Source: Aplysia californica (Eukaryota). Taken from it: 64,000 nucleotides of DNA. Made by a program: the position numbers and the translations under genes. Positions 53,288 to 64,000 of the stretch are shown one piece after another. Within the stretch, counting starts at the first letter, position 1, and the number at the start of each line of letters is the position of its first letter. The notes beneath the pieces were generated by a model. The model searched no databases and had not been told where the DNA came from. It saw only the letters and a list, made by a program, of their open reading frames with translations. The stretch spans positions 1,913,701 to 1,977,700 of the forward strand of contig NW_004797297.1 of NCBI RefSeq assembly GCF_000002075.1. The letters are read 5' to 3'.

Positions 53288-54311
53288 TGGGAGTAGGCCT
53301 GATTATGTCATCTTGCTCCTGTTGAGATGTGAGGCCATTGTTTGGGGGGTCAAGGGTCGTCTTTCATTTTCTCATTTTCCCAAGATTTTGAAGTCATAAA
53401 TAATTGATTATGATACTGTAACGTGTAATCAGATTGTTAATTGAAAAAAAAAAGCATTCACATTTGTGTTAGAATTTTTCAAACTTGTTCATATGCTGCT
53501 CGTGGTGTTGTCTCTTCTTCCATTGTCTTGAGTCCCCGATGATCTTTGAGGTCAAGATACAGATAAAGGATTACAGGTGTCGTTCGTTTAGGTACATGTG
53601 CATTGAATTATGCAAAGAATGCTTGTATTTCTAAACAGATTTTATTTTCCGTCCATTGTTTTTGTGGTCTTTAAAATGAAATTTTTGAGGGATGGTGCAT
53701 ACATGTATATTGTTTGTTCCGCAGCAAGGTTCAGTAGCTATTGCCAACAACAGTGTTTTGTAACAAAAGCATTTACTGTGAGTGTCAACCTCAAGATGAA
53801 CAATTTCAAGATATAATAGATACAGTAACTCAGTTTCTTACTTTATTTATGGGGCTCATGGGGCCTTTGATAGATGGTAGATTTACCGGTGATCATGGTT
53901 GCTTGAATCACAGATTTGTCGTAACAACACCGGTTTGAGTTGCCTTTTATGTGGACTAGATGAATTGAAATTTTGTGCTCAAAGCCAGGCAGGGAATGAT
54001 TGTGATTGTTTTACCTCTAGAACATTATTTAGATAATTTGAGAGGGGGGCTGCTTTGAATAATCTGGGTTGAGTGAGATGCAACATCCTAACAGAGAGAT
54101 AAACTGGTCGAACAACCCTACTCAAGAATTGAACCCGTCATATCTTTTTGTGCCATGTTGAAAAGCGTAACTGGTACACCAGAGATGCTAGTCTGGACAG
54201 GTGACTGAATTTGAAAATGCTGAAAACATGTTTGTGGAATTCAGGTGCTGGGCCACAGACCAGGGGAAGTAATGGGCATGGTGTGCAATTTTCCATCATT
54301 ATCCTTGAAAA

Positions 54312-54570
54312 GGGGGTGTGGTGGCGAAGCGGTTAGTGCACTCGTCTCCGAAGCGAAAAGTCTGGGTTCGAGCCTCGGTTCGGACACAGTTTTTTTTCGC
54401 CCCCTCCTGCCAACCCAGCTGTAATGGGTACCTGACTGAGTTGGGTAAGTAAAGGTGACGTGGAAAGGAACTGGCCACCCTACCACAATATGCCGAAGGC
54501 CCAGGAAATTGTCTCACTAACAAGGCTATCCCCAATGTCTGGATCGGATGCGGAAACATCTTTACTTTTA
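54312..54570 (+). mobile_element. tRNA-derived SINE (Meta-like core) with (CTTTA)n tail
   Basis: GGTGGCGAAGCGGTTAG A box, GGTTCGAGCC B box, ACCCAGCTGTAATGGGTACCTGAC core; imperfect TSD ttatcctt(g/t)aaaa. Confidence 0.85.
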
Positions 54571-54722
54571 TCCTTTAAAAAAGACTATTTGGAGGATGCT
54601 AAGTGCATCTCGAACAGAGAATTGAGGGTGAACTTTTTCATCCTGATGATATTACATTTTTAGTACTTCTCATTATCTGCAAACACTTCTTTTATCAAGT
54701 GACCTCCTGACACTTGTTTAAT

Positions 54723-54781
54723 GATTCAAGTTGCAAGTAAATGAGATGGATTCAAGTTGCAAGTAAATGAGGTGGATTCAA
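54723..54781 (+). repeat. 26-bp tandem duplication
   Basis: GATTCAAGTTGCAAGTAAATGAG(A/G)TG x2.3. Confidence 0.9.
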
Positions 54782-56268
54782 ATTCTGCGATATTTGACAG
54801 TTATTTTCTCTTACACAGCTATCATTCCGACGAAAATTTTTTCTCGCTGCAAAATGTTTCTGGTCTGTGGGCAGGGTGAATGGTTTAGCCTAGTCTAACC
54901 TTAATTTAAGAAAATAGAAAAGCAACCCTTAATCATAAGCCACACAAGTATTATTTTACATGTTATTGATATTAAACGTTATATTCATATTCTTTTAATG
55001 ATATTGTGTGACACACAGAGAGATTTTTTGTTTTTAGATCGCAGGTACTGAGCACAAGAAAAGGGGTATTTTTCAAAGCTGTTGTATTAATCTTCGTAAT
55101 ATTTCATAAGCTTCATTGTCTGAACAAATTTTAAGTCATTTTCTGGTTTTTAAAGCCTTCTAAAGGTATTAGGTACCCACCCGGAGCGGTGCTACTGACT
55201 GAAGTGTCTTTATGCCATTCCCAAAGGGGGGACATTAACATGTTCTTATGCACAGTAGAATTGTAAATGGGCTGATTCATCAATGTCATGCTCATAACTG
55301 TGCCTGAACTGCAACAGGGAACTGTTGCTTTTTCTTTCCTAATCCTTACTATTGTCATTTTTCCTCTGCTTCTTTTGTATGTTTGTCACACTCTTTTGAC
55401 CCGCTATTTCCGGGGTGCCTAGATAGTCGAAGCAGACTTTGTGTTGTTGAAGCTAGTGAAGTGAGCAGAGTAAGCCTGATTCCCAGTAAGGACTTCTGTG
55501 TTGACATCCACCCCTTGGCGGTCATATTACCTTTTGCAGTTGCAAGCGCCGTAAAACATCTACTAAAACAAACAAACAAAAAGATATTTGGTAAACATCC
55601 AAGCTTCAAGTTCTTTTACCTGCTGCCAACAAATAAAGCACAAGTCGACGTGATTTTATTTTGATTGTAGATTATTCAAGTTTATTTTATGAGTCAGTTG
55701 TTTTTTATCATGTAAACTGGTGATGGGTAAAAGTTTTATTGTATGTACATGTATTATGTATACCTCCTTTTGAATATTCGTGTGTGATAGTTTCCTTTTT
55801 TGATGTGTGGAAGCCACATTGATCTACCCATTCCTCCAGATGTCTTTCTGGTGTAGTGATGTTCCTCTTCCTTTTAGGATGGGTATTTTTTAAGAATTCA
55901 AAAGACAATATCCATACAACCACCATGTTTTTGAATTGTTGTACAACAGTGCTTTTCCAAATGTTTTAATTTGGCATATATTGTTGAATTTTGTAACAGA
56001 GTTGTTATCAGTGGCAGCACTAAGGAAGAGAGAAGTTATTATTAAACAGTTGACAGTAAAGGTTGCTATTGACTGTTGAATTTCTTTGTCTTTGTTTTGT
56101 TGTTGCTATCAATTCAGTGAGCCTTTGCCCTTGTGCCTCATAGTAGTCATAGCCTGATCACTCTATCTTGTTAAACTACTGCTTGCACTTCCCTTCCATA
56201 TCAACCCAAAGACTGAATGTGATACATTTTCAGCAGTTTTGTACCATTATATTCTTCTTTCCCCAATA

Positions 56269-56985
56269 CAATGGAGTCCACTTATAACGAGTCCTGAAAT
56301 AACGAGAAGTATACTGTAAAGACGCTTTTCTAAAACTCCGTTTTTTTTCCTTCTTTACCTTTGTAAATAAAATACTTCTATAGCGCAATCAAACAAACAC
56401 GCGAGTCGGGTAAACCGGAATATTGCTGCTGCTGTTTGCAGCGCATAGGCCATTTAAACATATATGTAAAACCTCGCCAGTTGAGAAACTTGTTGGTGAT
56501 CTAGCGAAAGAAAGAATGGGAGAGCCCACAACGAAGGCCGGAGCGAATGAGTGGGGAGGGTGTGGAATGCGCAGACAAGCAGATTGCGTCACGCGATAGG
56601 CCAGTGGGATCTAGCCTACCATGCCTCTCTCTTCTCCTATGCGGGGATGGAGAGGTCACAGTGCTGTGATGGATTGAGCGAATGTGTGATGTGTGCAAAC
56701 AGACGGAACGCACCACAGGGTGTGGTGTGGTGGGGGACAACACAGCGGGCGAGTTAGCCTAGAGCCCTTTCTTTCTGATCACCAATGCCGAGCTGTCAAC
56801 ATCGTTAGCGCTAGAGAAAGAAACCTGATACGATTTTTGATCAAGTAAGACCTAGAGGTGATGTTCAACAAAATCATCAAGGGAGGACATAACAAAGAGA
56901 AATAAACAAAACACCAAAATCATAGATTAAGCTTAATTTCTTATTTACCTTGAAATTATTACTGGATCCTTTATAACGAGAGTCA
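56269..56985 (+). mobile_element. Partial Tigger-like element
   Basis: ta|caatggagtccacttataacgag start with repeated ataacgag motifs; no clear right TIR. Confidence 0.4.
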
Positions 56986-57527
56986 ACGAGGCACTTAGAG
57001 AGAAAAACAACATTTATTTCTTCTTCATACAGAGAACTTGAGCCATCACTTTTGTGATACTCTAGTCTTGTTCCTCTTACCACTATACCATATTACCAAT
57101 GAAGTTTCCTTGAAATGGATGTTGATATTCTTTAATAGGAGTGTGGTCGATGGGATATTGGTCCAGTCAAAGGGAGAAAGACGTTTCGTACTTGAAAAAA
57201 GATTTAATGATTATCAGATCTTCACGTAGCTCCCAAAGCTCTGCTCTTTCAAAATGGCTTCTTGTTTTGCAATGCTTTTCCCTAATTCTGTTATGTACGG
57301 CTTGAGTTCAAAACCAATTTCAATTCAGTAGGTAATTTAAAATATATAATATATATATAAAAGTTTGATATAATGTTGGTTACTTATAGGACTGAGCCCA
57401 CGAGGCACTGCTACTGGTAGGACTAAGCCCAGTGGGTAGAGAATCGTGAAAACGCCTTTTAAATTATAGTTCATGTTGAAGGACTCATAGTCATAAAGGG
57501 GCCACTAAGTTTAGAATTAGAATAATA

Positions 57528-57664
57528 CGGGGTGCCTGCTACAGCTGGATCGGCCGATCGCCCGACTCGATCGTCTGAAACTGAAAACAAACACGTTTGT
57601 TTTTGAGGCGATCGAGTCGGGCGATCGGCCCAATCGGCCGATCCCATCCGTAGTGGGCACCCCG
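57528..57664. mobile_element. 137-bp palindromic (foldback) MITE with TA TSD
   Basis: TA|CGGGGTGCC...GGCCGATCGCCCGACTCGATCG...CGATCGAGTCGGGCGATCGGCC...GGCACCCCG|TA. Confidence 0.85.
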
Positions 57665-58951
57665 TATAAGAGTTCTTATCATATCTCACTTCCACTGCTA
57701 AACATTCTTGCACATGAAAAGTTCTCCACAAAAAGTGAGCACTCTTACTTTTGAACTTTAACAGCAGGCCTCCACTGCTCCCCCTGAGGCAAGGAGATAC
57801 AATATAGTGTGTATATTATTCCCTCTCGACTTCGGTTCGAGGATCCTGTGTTGGAATCTCAGCAACTTCAGTTTAATAAGATTTTGAAGGAATAATTGGT
57901 GTAGATGAGTAGGGAATAGAATATGACTACTGTATTTTGTAAGTCTATGGACCTGTTAGTGAACCTGCTACCTACAACTCGCGTACGAAGACCCCAACAT
58001 ATCTGCTACTGGATTATCTACCTACTAAAGGTCCTCTCTTTACTTTTCTTTGCCCGATAGAATGGGCTAACATTAACAAGGCCACCTTAGCAGAGACTAT
58101 GCCCACGATTTTGGAACTTCATGGTGACATTAATTAAAGATGGTTCCAGTAGGGAACGGAATAGAGGGTGCCATGCATCATTCCTCATGACTCACTGGAA
58201 CAGAGGAAGATTAAAAAAGTAAACTCAGCTGCATCTCACATCCTCACTCACCACCACCATTATATCTAAAATAATAATTGCTTTCAGATGCTTGACATAC
58301 ATCTATTTACCGTGAATTTATATCTGTAACAGTTACATGTTACACTAATTATGTACATAATAGAAAATTGGACACTATCATACACACCCCCTATTTTTTT
58401 TTTTTTACAAATCTGACAGCGTCAATCTCATAGAAATGGTCTAGAGACGATCTCTCCCCCCCCCCCCCAAACCCCCCCCCCCCCCAACAAAAAACAACCT
58501 CAACTTACAAACAAACACAACAACAACAAACAACAAAAACAAAACAAAACGAATACAACAACCCCCCAAAAAACCGCAACAAAAAACAACAACACCAAAC
58601 AGCAGGTCTCCAATACTCAACACTTGTCATTTACCCATTTTTTGGGTGTTGTTTGTATTTTGTATTGTTCGTCAACACACCTGAGCGAATGGGAAATTTC
58701 ACGAAGAAATCAAACTGTGTCAGACTGTCAAAGACTGCTTGATTACTCGACTCGGAGAAAAGAGCACACAGCAGTCCAGTCAGTCGGCAGTCAGCAGCAC
58801 ACAACACACAACAACAGCAGCGAACGAGCCTTGTCTACTCTGTCAACCGACTTCATGTTCATGCTGCGATGAGACGAGGGTTCCTGTTGTTTGACAATTG
58901 AGCCTAAGGCCTACGTCGCTTTTTTCATCTCTTTACTATCCTCATGCCACA

Positions 58952-59124
58952 ATGTTCTGCAAACTATGGAGACCAAGCATGGTGCACCCTTCCGCCACAA
59001 CAGTGTTGAATGTGTTTTGGCGATGTTTGAATACGTCAAGGTCCAACTCCAACAAAAGTTTCGCGGAGCATGTTGAGGGAAAGACAATGCAGAAACTAAT
59101 AAACAAGAAAGGGGCGAAAACCAA
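58952..59124 (+). CDS. RBFA: RBFA exon 1 (mitochondrial presequence)
   Basis: ATG in good Kozak context, AA|gtatga donor. Confidence 0.75.
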
Positions 59125-62100
59125 GTATGACTTTTATTATTTGATAATCCCCTCATTCCTTTTCTTGATTTGGTAAATTTTTACTTTCACTTCTGCGCCC
59201 TGATTTGTTGAGTTTTGAGGGTCAAACTGCCATTTTTGGCTGCAGCTGCAGAACACATGTAATGACTAAAACTAGATCTAGATCTAGATCTATCTAGGGT
59301 AAATCAATTGTTTAATTGTATTCAAGAAAATTTCAAAGCTTATGCAAAACATCAAATTATGGGTTAATATGGGGGGCATAACATAACTGAGTGGAGACCA
59401 CCCCTGGCCACCTCGAGCAGGTAAATTTGGCTGAAGGTAGATAAAATAAGGTGGCCTCGGCCGCGTTGGACAGGTGACCGTTTTACACAGTTAACTCACT
59501 GACTATGGTTCCTGTCACATGTACGGGAACAGACTCCAGTGCTAGTTTTGCCACTTGTTTCGTTTCGTGCCGAGTTTGGCGGAAGTTTCATGGTAACTTT
59601 TTAAGTAATTGAAGGTGAAGACACGTCACCTCATCTGGGGTCGACCTGACCGGAACCCGCGCTATGTTTTTTTTCTACACAGCTGATAGTAATCCGACAG
59701 TCGCGTCGAAGTAACGGTCGCATGAACAAGAATCACATTATAATTTCGCTGTTTTTGATACTCCTGTTTGTTTTGCCAGTTCTAGTGACTCAGGATATTA
59801 TGTGTCTGATAGTTAGGACCCTGGATATGTACCCAAACACGGCCCGAGTCGTAGTTTTAGGGCTAGATCTAGCACAAGTACTGGTGTTGTTGTTCGCGCG
59901 ACGAAATCACAACTTCGTTCCCTACAACTGTCTCATGTAATTCAGTGTATGGGTCTGAATAAACGCACATATCAGCTTTTATATTTTCACCAAACACTCG
60001 CACATGGATACAAATCAAAACAGAACACTTTGAACTATTATTTTTGTTGTTGTTGTGAATTTCATTCTATCTGTCACGTCTCTGGAAATTTTTCGAAAAA
60101 TTGAATTCATGCCAATTTTGAAACAATCATAAGAATTAAGATATTAGACCTAGACGACTTAAATTTTTTGCAATAGATTAAGTTTGAAAGTAACTTTACT
60201 GTGTCAAAAAATAATTACAATAGGGTAATTCTGAGAGTTGTGGTGGTGTTTTGAAATACCCCCAAAAATGCTAGTACTCAGCGTTAGTGACTGGTGAAAG
60301 GGGCCAGTAGTCAGTGAGTTGAATTATAAAGAAATATATAAGGCAAGAGGGGAAAATGTAAAGTCGTCGTTTGTACAGGTGGCTGTCATAGCAGGTTCAA
60401 CTCTATTTCCAAAACTAATGATTTGTGATAGATATAATGTTGAACTTTATGTAAAATCGAAAAAAATGAACAAGAAAAATGCATTATAACACAATGGTGT
60501 CTACTTATCAGCAATAAAGCTATAACAGGAACTTGAGATAGTGTAAGGACATTTTCATATAAATAATCCCATTGTAACAGGAACCCTTGTTGCCATAATT
60601 TGTAAAAAACAGTGTGAACAATGAGAACCGTCTATAATTTCAGTGTGTGCCCTCATCTCTTGTTATATCTCATCTCAACACTTTCTCGGGCCAAAAATGC
60701 ACTGTACCTAGTACAGAAGCTCAGTAATGTTTATACCCTCTCGCCAAGAACCATCTTTCTTAAGTCTTTTGATCGGGGGGTAAAAATCTTAATCACTGTG
60801 CATATTATAACAATACCACCCTTTGTTTGAGCATGGGCTCACTTGAAAGTTGATACCGCCTATTTTGTTACTTCACCGTGTAACAGCATCCACATCTCAT
60901 GATTAGGGCTCATGTGTGAGAGTGTGTGTATTTGAAGTGGTTGGGTGGGTGGGCAATCAACCCCCCCCCCCCCCCCCTTAAAAAAAAATATTAAAAAATT
61001 CAGTTAGCAGCAATATCAGCAATCTCTGCCTAAAATCAACCAAAGGCTACTTCCCAAGGGGGTTGCTTCTTGGAGGACACCACTATACCTGAGCATGAGA
61101 CAGGAGAGACAGCAAGACAATACTCTTGTTGTTTTTTTTACTCTGGTGGGTTTTTTTGTTACCGTAGTACTACATTACTTTCCTGGCATTCTTGATCCTG
61201 AACTGTTGTCAAGTTATGTGTGTTATTGGTTTAAAATTTCTGCACAAAGTTTTGCTCTTTATACAATACCCTGAAGTCCTGACTGAATTGATAGTGGAAG
61301 TGACTGGAGCAGGATCTCTTCAATTTAACAGTTTAATCAAATCATATAATTTACAAATGTATTGATGTATATAATTTGTACAAATTTTGAAAATAATACT
61401 AATACTTCATATCTGTAGTTCTAGAAGTATGTGTAGAAGTAGAGTTGTGTTCTGTTCTATAAAAATTTCTGATCAAAATGTACTTTATTGGACATCTTTT
61501 TCAGGAGAAAATGGTACCAGCCACACGTAGCAGAGGTAAGTTTAAAAAAAAGTTTTATGTGCCTTTTTGAGGGTTTACCTTGTTTGTAACTAGATAGTAA
61601 TAGTAGTCTAGCCATCCTAACCCAGCTTTTGTAAGATTTGATTTAACAGAAATACCATACAGAAAATGAGGCCCTGTTTTCTCTCTTTAAAAAAAAAAGA
61701 AATAACCCCTGGACTAGAAACATGTTCATTTAAGCTTTGAACAACTTACAGCGCTGATTCTAATCATATTATTAGAATAAAATGTGGAAATGTCTTTGTA
61801 ATGTTTGAAAATTGCCTTCCCTTCTTTGTAAAATAAAATTCTACCCCAATGAAGAAAAAATTTGGAAAACGTTTTGCTAGCTGGGTTGGTGATAAATAAA
61901 ACTCTAGTAAAGCAGCAAGCCTTGTTCTGTAATTGTATTGTGGTTGCTACTCGGGATATCTCCCTTTGAGGAAGAAGGGGAAAAGGATGAGGGAAAGAAC
62001 AGGCCTCAGGTAATTTTATGAACTTCTCTGGTCTGTCATGTTCGTGGTCGTAAAATGTAGTCAGGAGAATACAGTAGTTTGCTTAAACCAAAAACTGAAA

Positions 62101-63570
62101 TAATGCCGAAATTTCTTCAGTTGAGCTGTGTTTTCAGTTTAAAGAGATATCTCAAACAGCCAACAATGACTGTCGAAAACATATAATTGGGAATGCCATG
62201 CTTTTTCTCTACCTCTTTCTTCAGTAACTACAATTTGAACTGCAGGCTGTACGCATTGTGCTTTGTCTTCGGCTTTGTCATCTTAGCTTATTATTAATCT
62301 GCCAAACAGCCTCACAGTACTGATGAAAAAGCGGAGAGTACTGCACGCTGTATATTTATTGCACTTTCACTCAAGACTAGAGAAGTGAGAGAGCCCAATG
62401 CTACGTGTTCAGGTGTAACACACATGAGCTAGCTTTACAAAGGCAGTAGTCCAGAACCAACTGATGGGAGTATGATAAATGTACATGCCCTATCCTTTCG
62501 TGGTTGTACACAATAAGTGACAGTGTGTAGGCCTATTGATATGTGTGATAAACGTAGACAAACAGTCCACTGGCAATGCCGGTCTCTGGCCCGCAATCAA
62601 CTCATGTGCGTTCTCATGTCCATTTCTTCTGTTTTGTTATTTTGAAGTGTGTAAGACATGATAATTTGTGTTACTTGATGGTTGCTAGTTGTTAAGATTT
62701 AGATGACATAACCATTGGAGTGCTGTTCGGTTTTAAAATAGGAGCATTTTGGATAATCCGTAGTGCCCTTATAAAGACGAGGATTTTTGAAAATCAGTTT
62801 GCTGCGTTTTTGGATTAACTGTACATTGTTCGGTTTAAGTGGATTCCCCAAGAGCTTAGTTTAGTAGGAGGTGTTGAATGTGAATAAGTCTACTCAACAT
62901 ACTATGGTGTGGAGTAGTTAAATGGCAGTTTGTGAACTATACCAATCAGTTAAAATTTTTTATGTGTCTCTTTGAAGGTTTTTACAGTGTTTGTAACGAG
63001 ACAGTAGTCGTAATGGTGTGCGCCACTTTCTATGAAATTTTCCCTTTTTTTTAGTCAATATTATTTTATTTTATTGTCATTGTTGCTATAGGCCTAAGTC
63101 TTGCACAAGTTTATTATAATAACCCCCCCCCCCCCCCCCCTCTATTTTCGTTTTTCTATTTCCAGTTTCTTTTGCCTTTTTTTGTCTTCATTGGTTCTTA
63201 AGCTCCTCCTATCATCAGGTTGTTGGTTTTTTTTACTGCTTGTTCTCAGCATTATTGCTTGTTTTGTTCCTTATAACCATTAGAGATGGGTACCTCTGGA
63301 GGTTCTACTTCTTTTCTTTGTCCATCTATTGTTCCTCTTTCCTTTACCCTGTTCTAAATGGCCTTTGTTACATCAATGTACTTCTCTTTACTCAAACAGC
63401 CGTTGGAACCTTTGGGGAAGAAAATGGCTTCTGTCAAGAAAGGAGAGAATGAAGCTCAGAGGACGAGAGCCCGGCAGTTGGGTCACGTGCTGTATGACAA
63501 GATCACACAAATCGTCAACACCGGGGAGTTGGCTCAAGAGCTCCAAGACAAACAAGTGCTTATTACATCG
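58952..63570 (+). CDS. RBFA: Mitochondrial ribosome-binding factor A (RBFA), 3'-partial. Exons: 58952-59124, 61505-61535, 63400-63570
   Basis: The spliced product MFCKLWRP...KKGAKTKRKWYQPHVAEPLEPLGKK...RTRARQLGHVLYDKITQIVNTGELAQELQDKQVLITS resembles (from recall) metazoan RBFA KTKKK.WY...RLRALN.LLY.ALTDLL.T.EVSQEL. It has an Arg/Ser-rich presequence and a gccacaATG Kozak context. Confidence 0.82.
59390..60403 (-). mobile_element. pogo/Tigger-like MITE interrupted by a TTAA element (59495-60318)
   Basis: Reverse complement of the 48138-48320 segment, split at its TTAA by CTCACTGACTA...TAGTCAGTGAG. Confidence 0.72.
61505..61535 (+). CDS. RBFA: RBFA 31-nt exon 2 (RKWYQPHVAE)
   Basis: tttcag|G acceptor, GAG|gtaagt donor; bridges phase 2 to phase 0. 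Confidence 0.8.
63400..63570 (+). CDS. RBFA: RBFA exon 3 (start of the RbfA domain)
   Basis: cag|CCG acceptor; ends at TCG|gcaagt. Confidence 0.8.
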
Positions 63571-63921
63571 GCAAGTGTTCCTGTCTTACCATTTGTTCAT
63601 CAGCTTTTGTAACCGTACAATATTATATATGTGTCGCGGCGTGGTGGAATCAGGCGCTCGTCAAGGGAAAATGGCCGTCAAAGTATGATGACTTCCAAAG
63701 CTTGAATGAGAGTCCTTGGAAACTGCAAATTTTAATTTGACAATGACAATGACAATCTTTATTCATCTCGCAGGGAGAAATTTGTCTTGGTCATTAACAA
63801 TGGCAGTAGACGTTGCGAAAGTTAGACTTAAAGGTGCACTCGCGCAAACGCACAAGACAGGACTTTAGGCCAAGTAAATACAATATGTCTCATGTGCTGG
63901 GACAACCCCCTGTGTAAACAC

Positions 63922-63982
63922 ACTCTCTCTCTTTTTCTCTCTCTCTCTTCCTCCCTCTCTCTCTCTTTCTCTCTCTCTCTTT
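63922..63982. repeat. (CT)n microsatellite
   Basis: Direct inspection. Confidence 0.9.
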
Positions 63983-64000
63983 TTCATTTGTAGCACTGTG

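Noticed and set aside
54312-54385. tRNA-like A/B boxes
   Set aside because: SINE head with core, tail and TSD.
54723-54781. Direct repeats resembling a CRISPR array
   Set aside because: No spacers; a simple tandem duplication in eukaryotic DNA.
36381-63570. Adjacent mitochondrial-protein genes ACSF3 and RBFA as an operon-like cluster
   Set aside because: They are separated by 8 kb of repeats, each with its own apparent end and start signals; no evidence of co-transcription.

Overview
Eukaryotic (animal) genomic DNA, AT-rich, with assembly gaps and many microsatellites. The (TCTAGA)n runs and SINE types suggest a gastropod mollusc (inference). Three spliced genes lie on the + strand. (1) A TENT4/PAPD5-7 (Trf4-like) non-canonical poly(A) polymerase: 10 visible coding exons at 7138-20962, first exon not found, followed by a probable ~6.5 kb 3' UTR. 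(2) A complete ACSF3 mitochondrial malonyl-CoA synthetase: 9 coding exons at 36381-50608, 677 aa. (3) The first three exons of mitochondrial ribosome-binding factor A (RBFA, 58952-63570), including a 31-nt exon and an apparent GC-type splice donor. Introns and intergenic DNA are full of transposon relics: an hAT-like element with a perfect 8-bp TSD hosting a tRNA-SINE, several TTAA (piggyBac-like) MITEs, pogo/Tigger-like MITEs, a decayed Tc1 element, an RTE LINE nested in an RNase H-bearing LINE, and an inverted pair of Merlin-like MITEs upstream of ACSF3. I found no evidence for a wholly new system. The best leads are the non-canonical splice site, the paired MITEs around promoter-like motifs, nested elements, and a covarying retroposon 3' stem-loop. 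All homology calls are by recall of protein families, not by database search.
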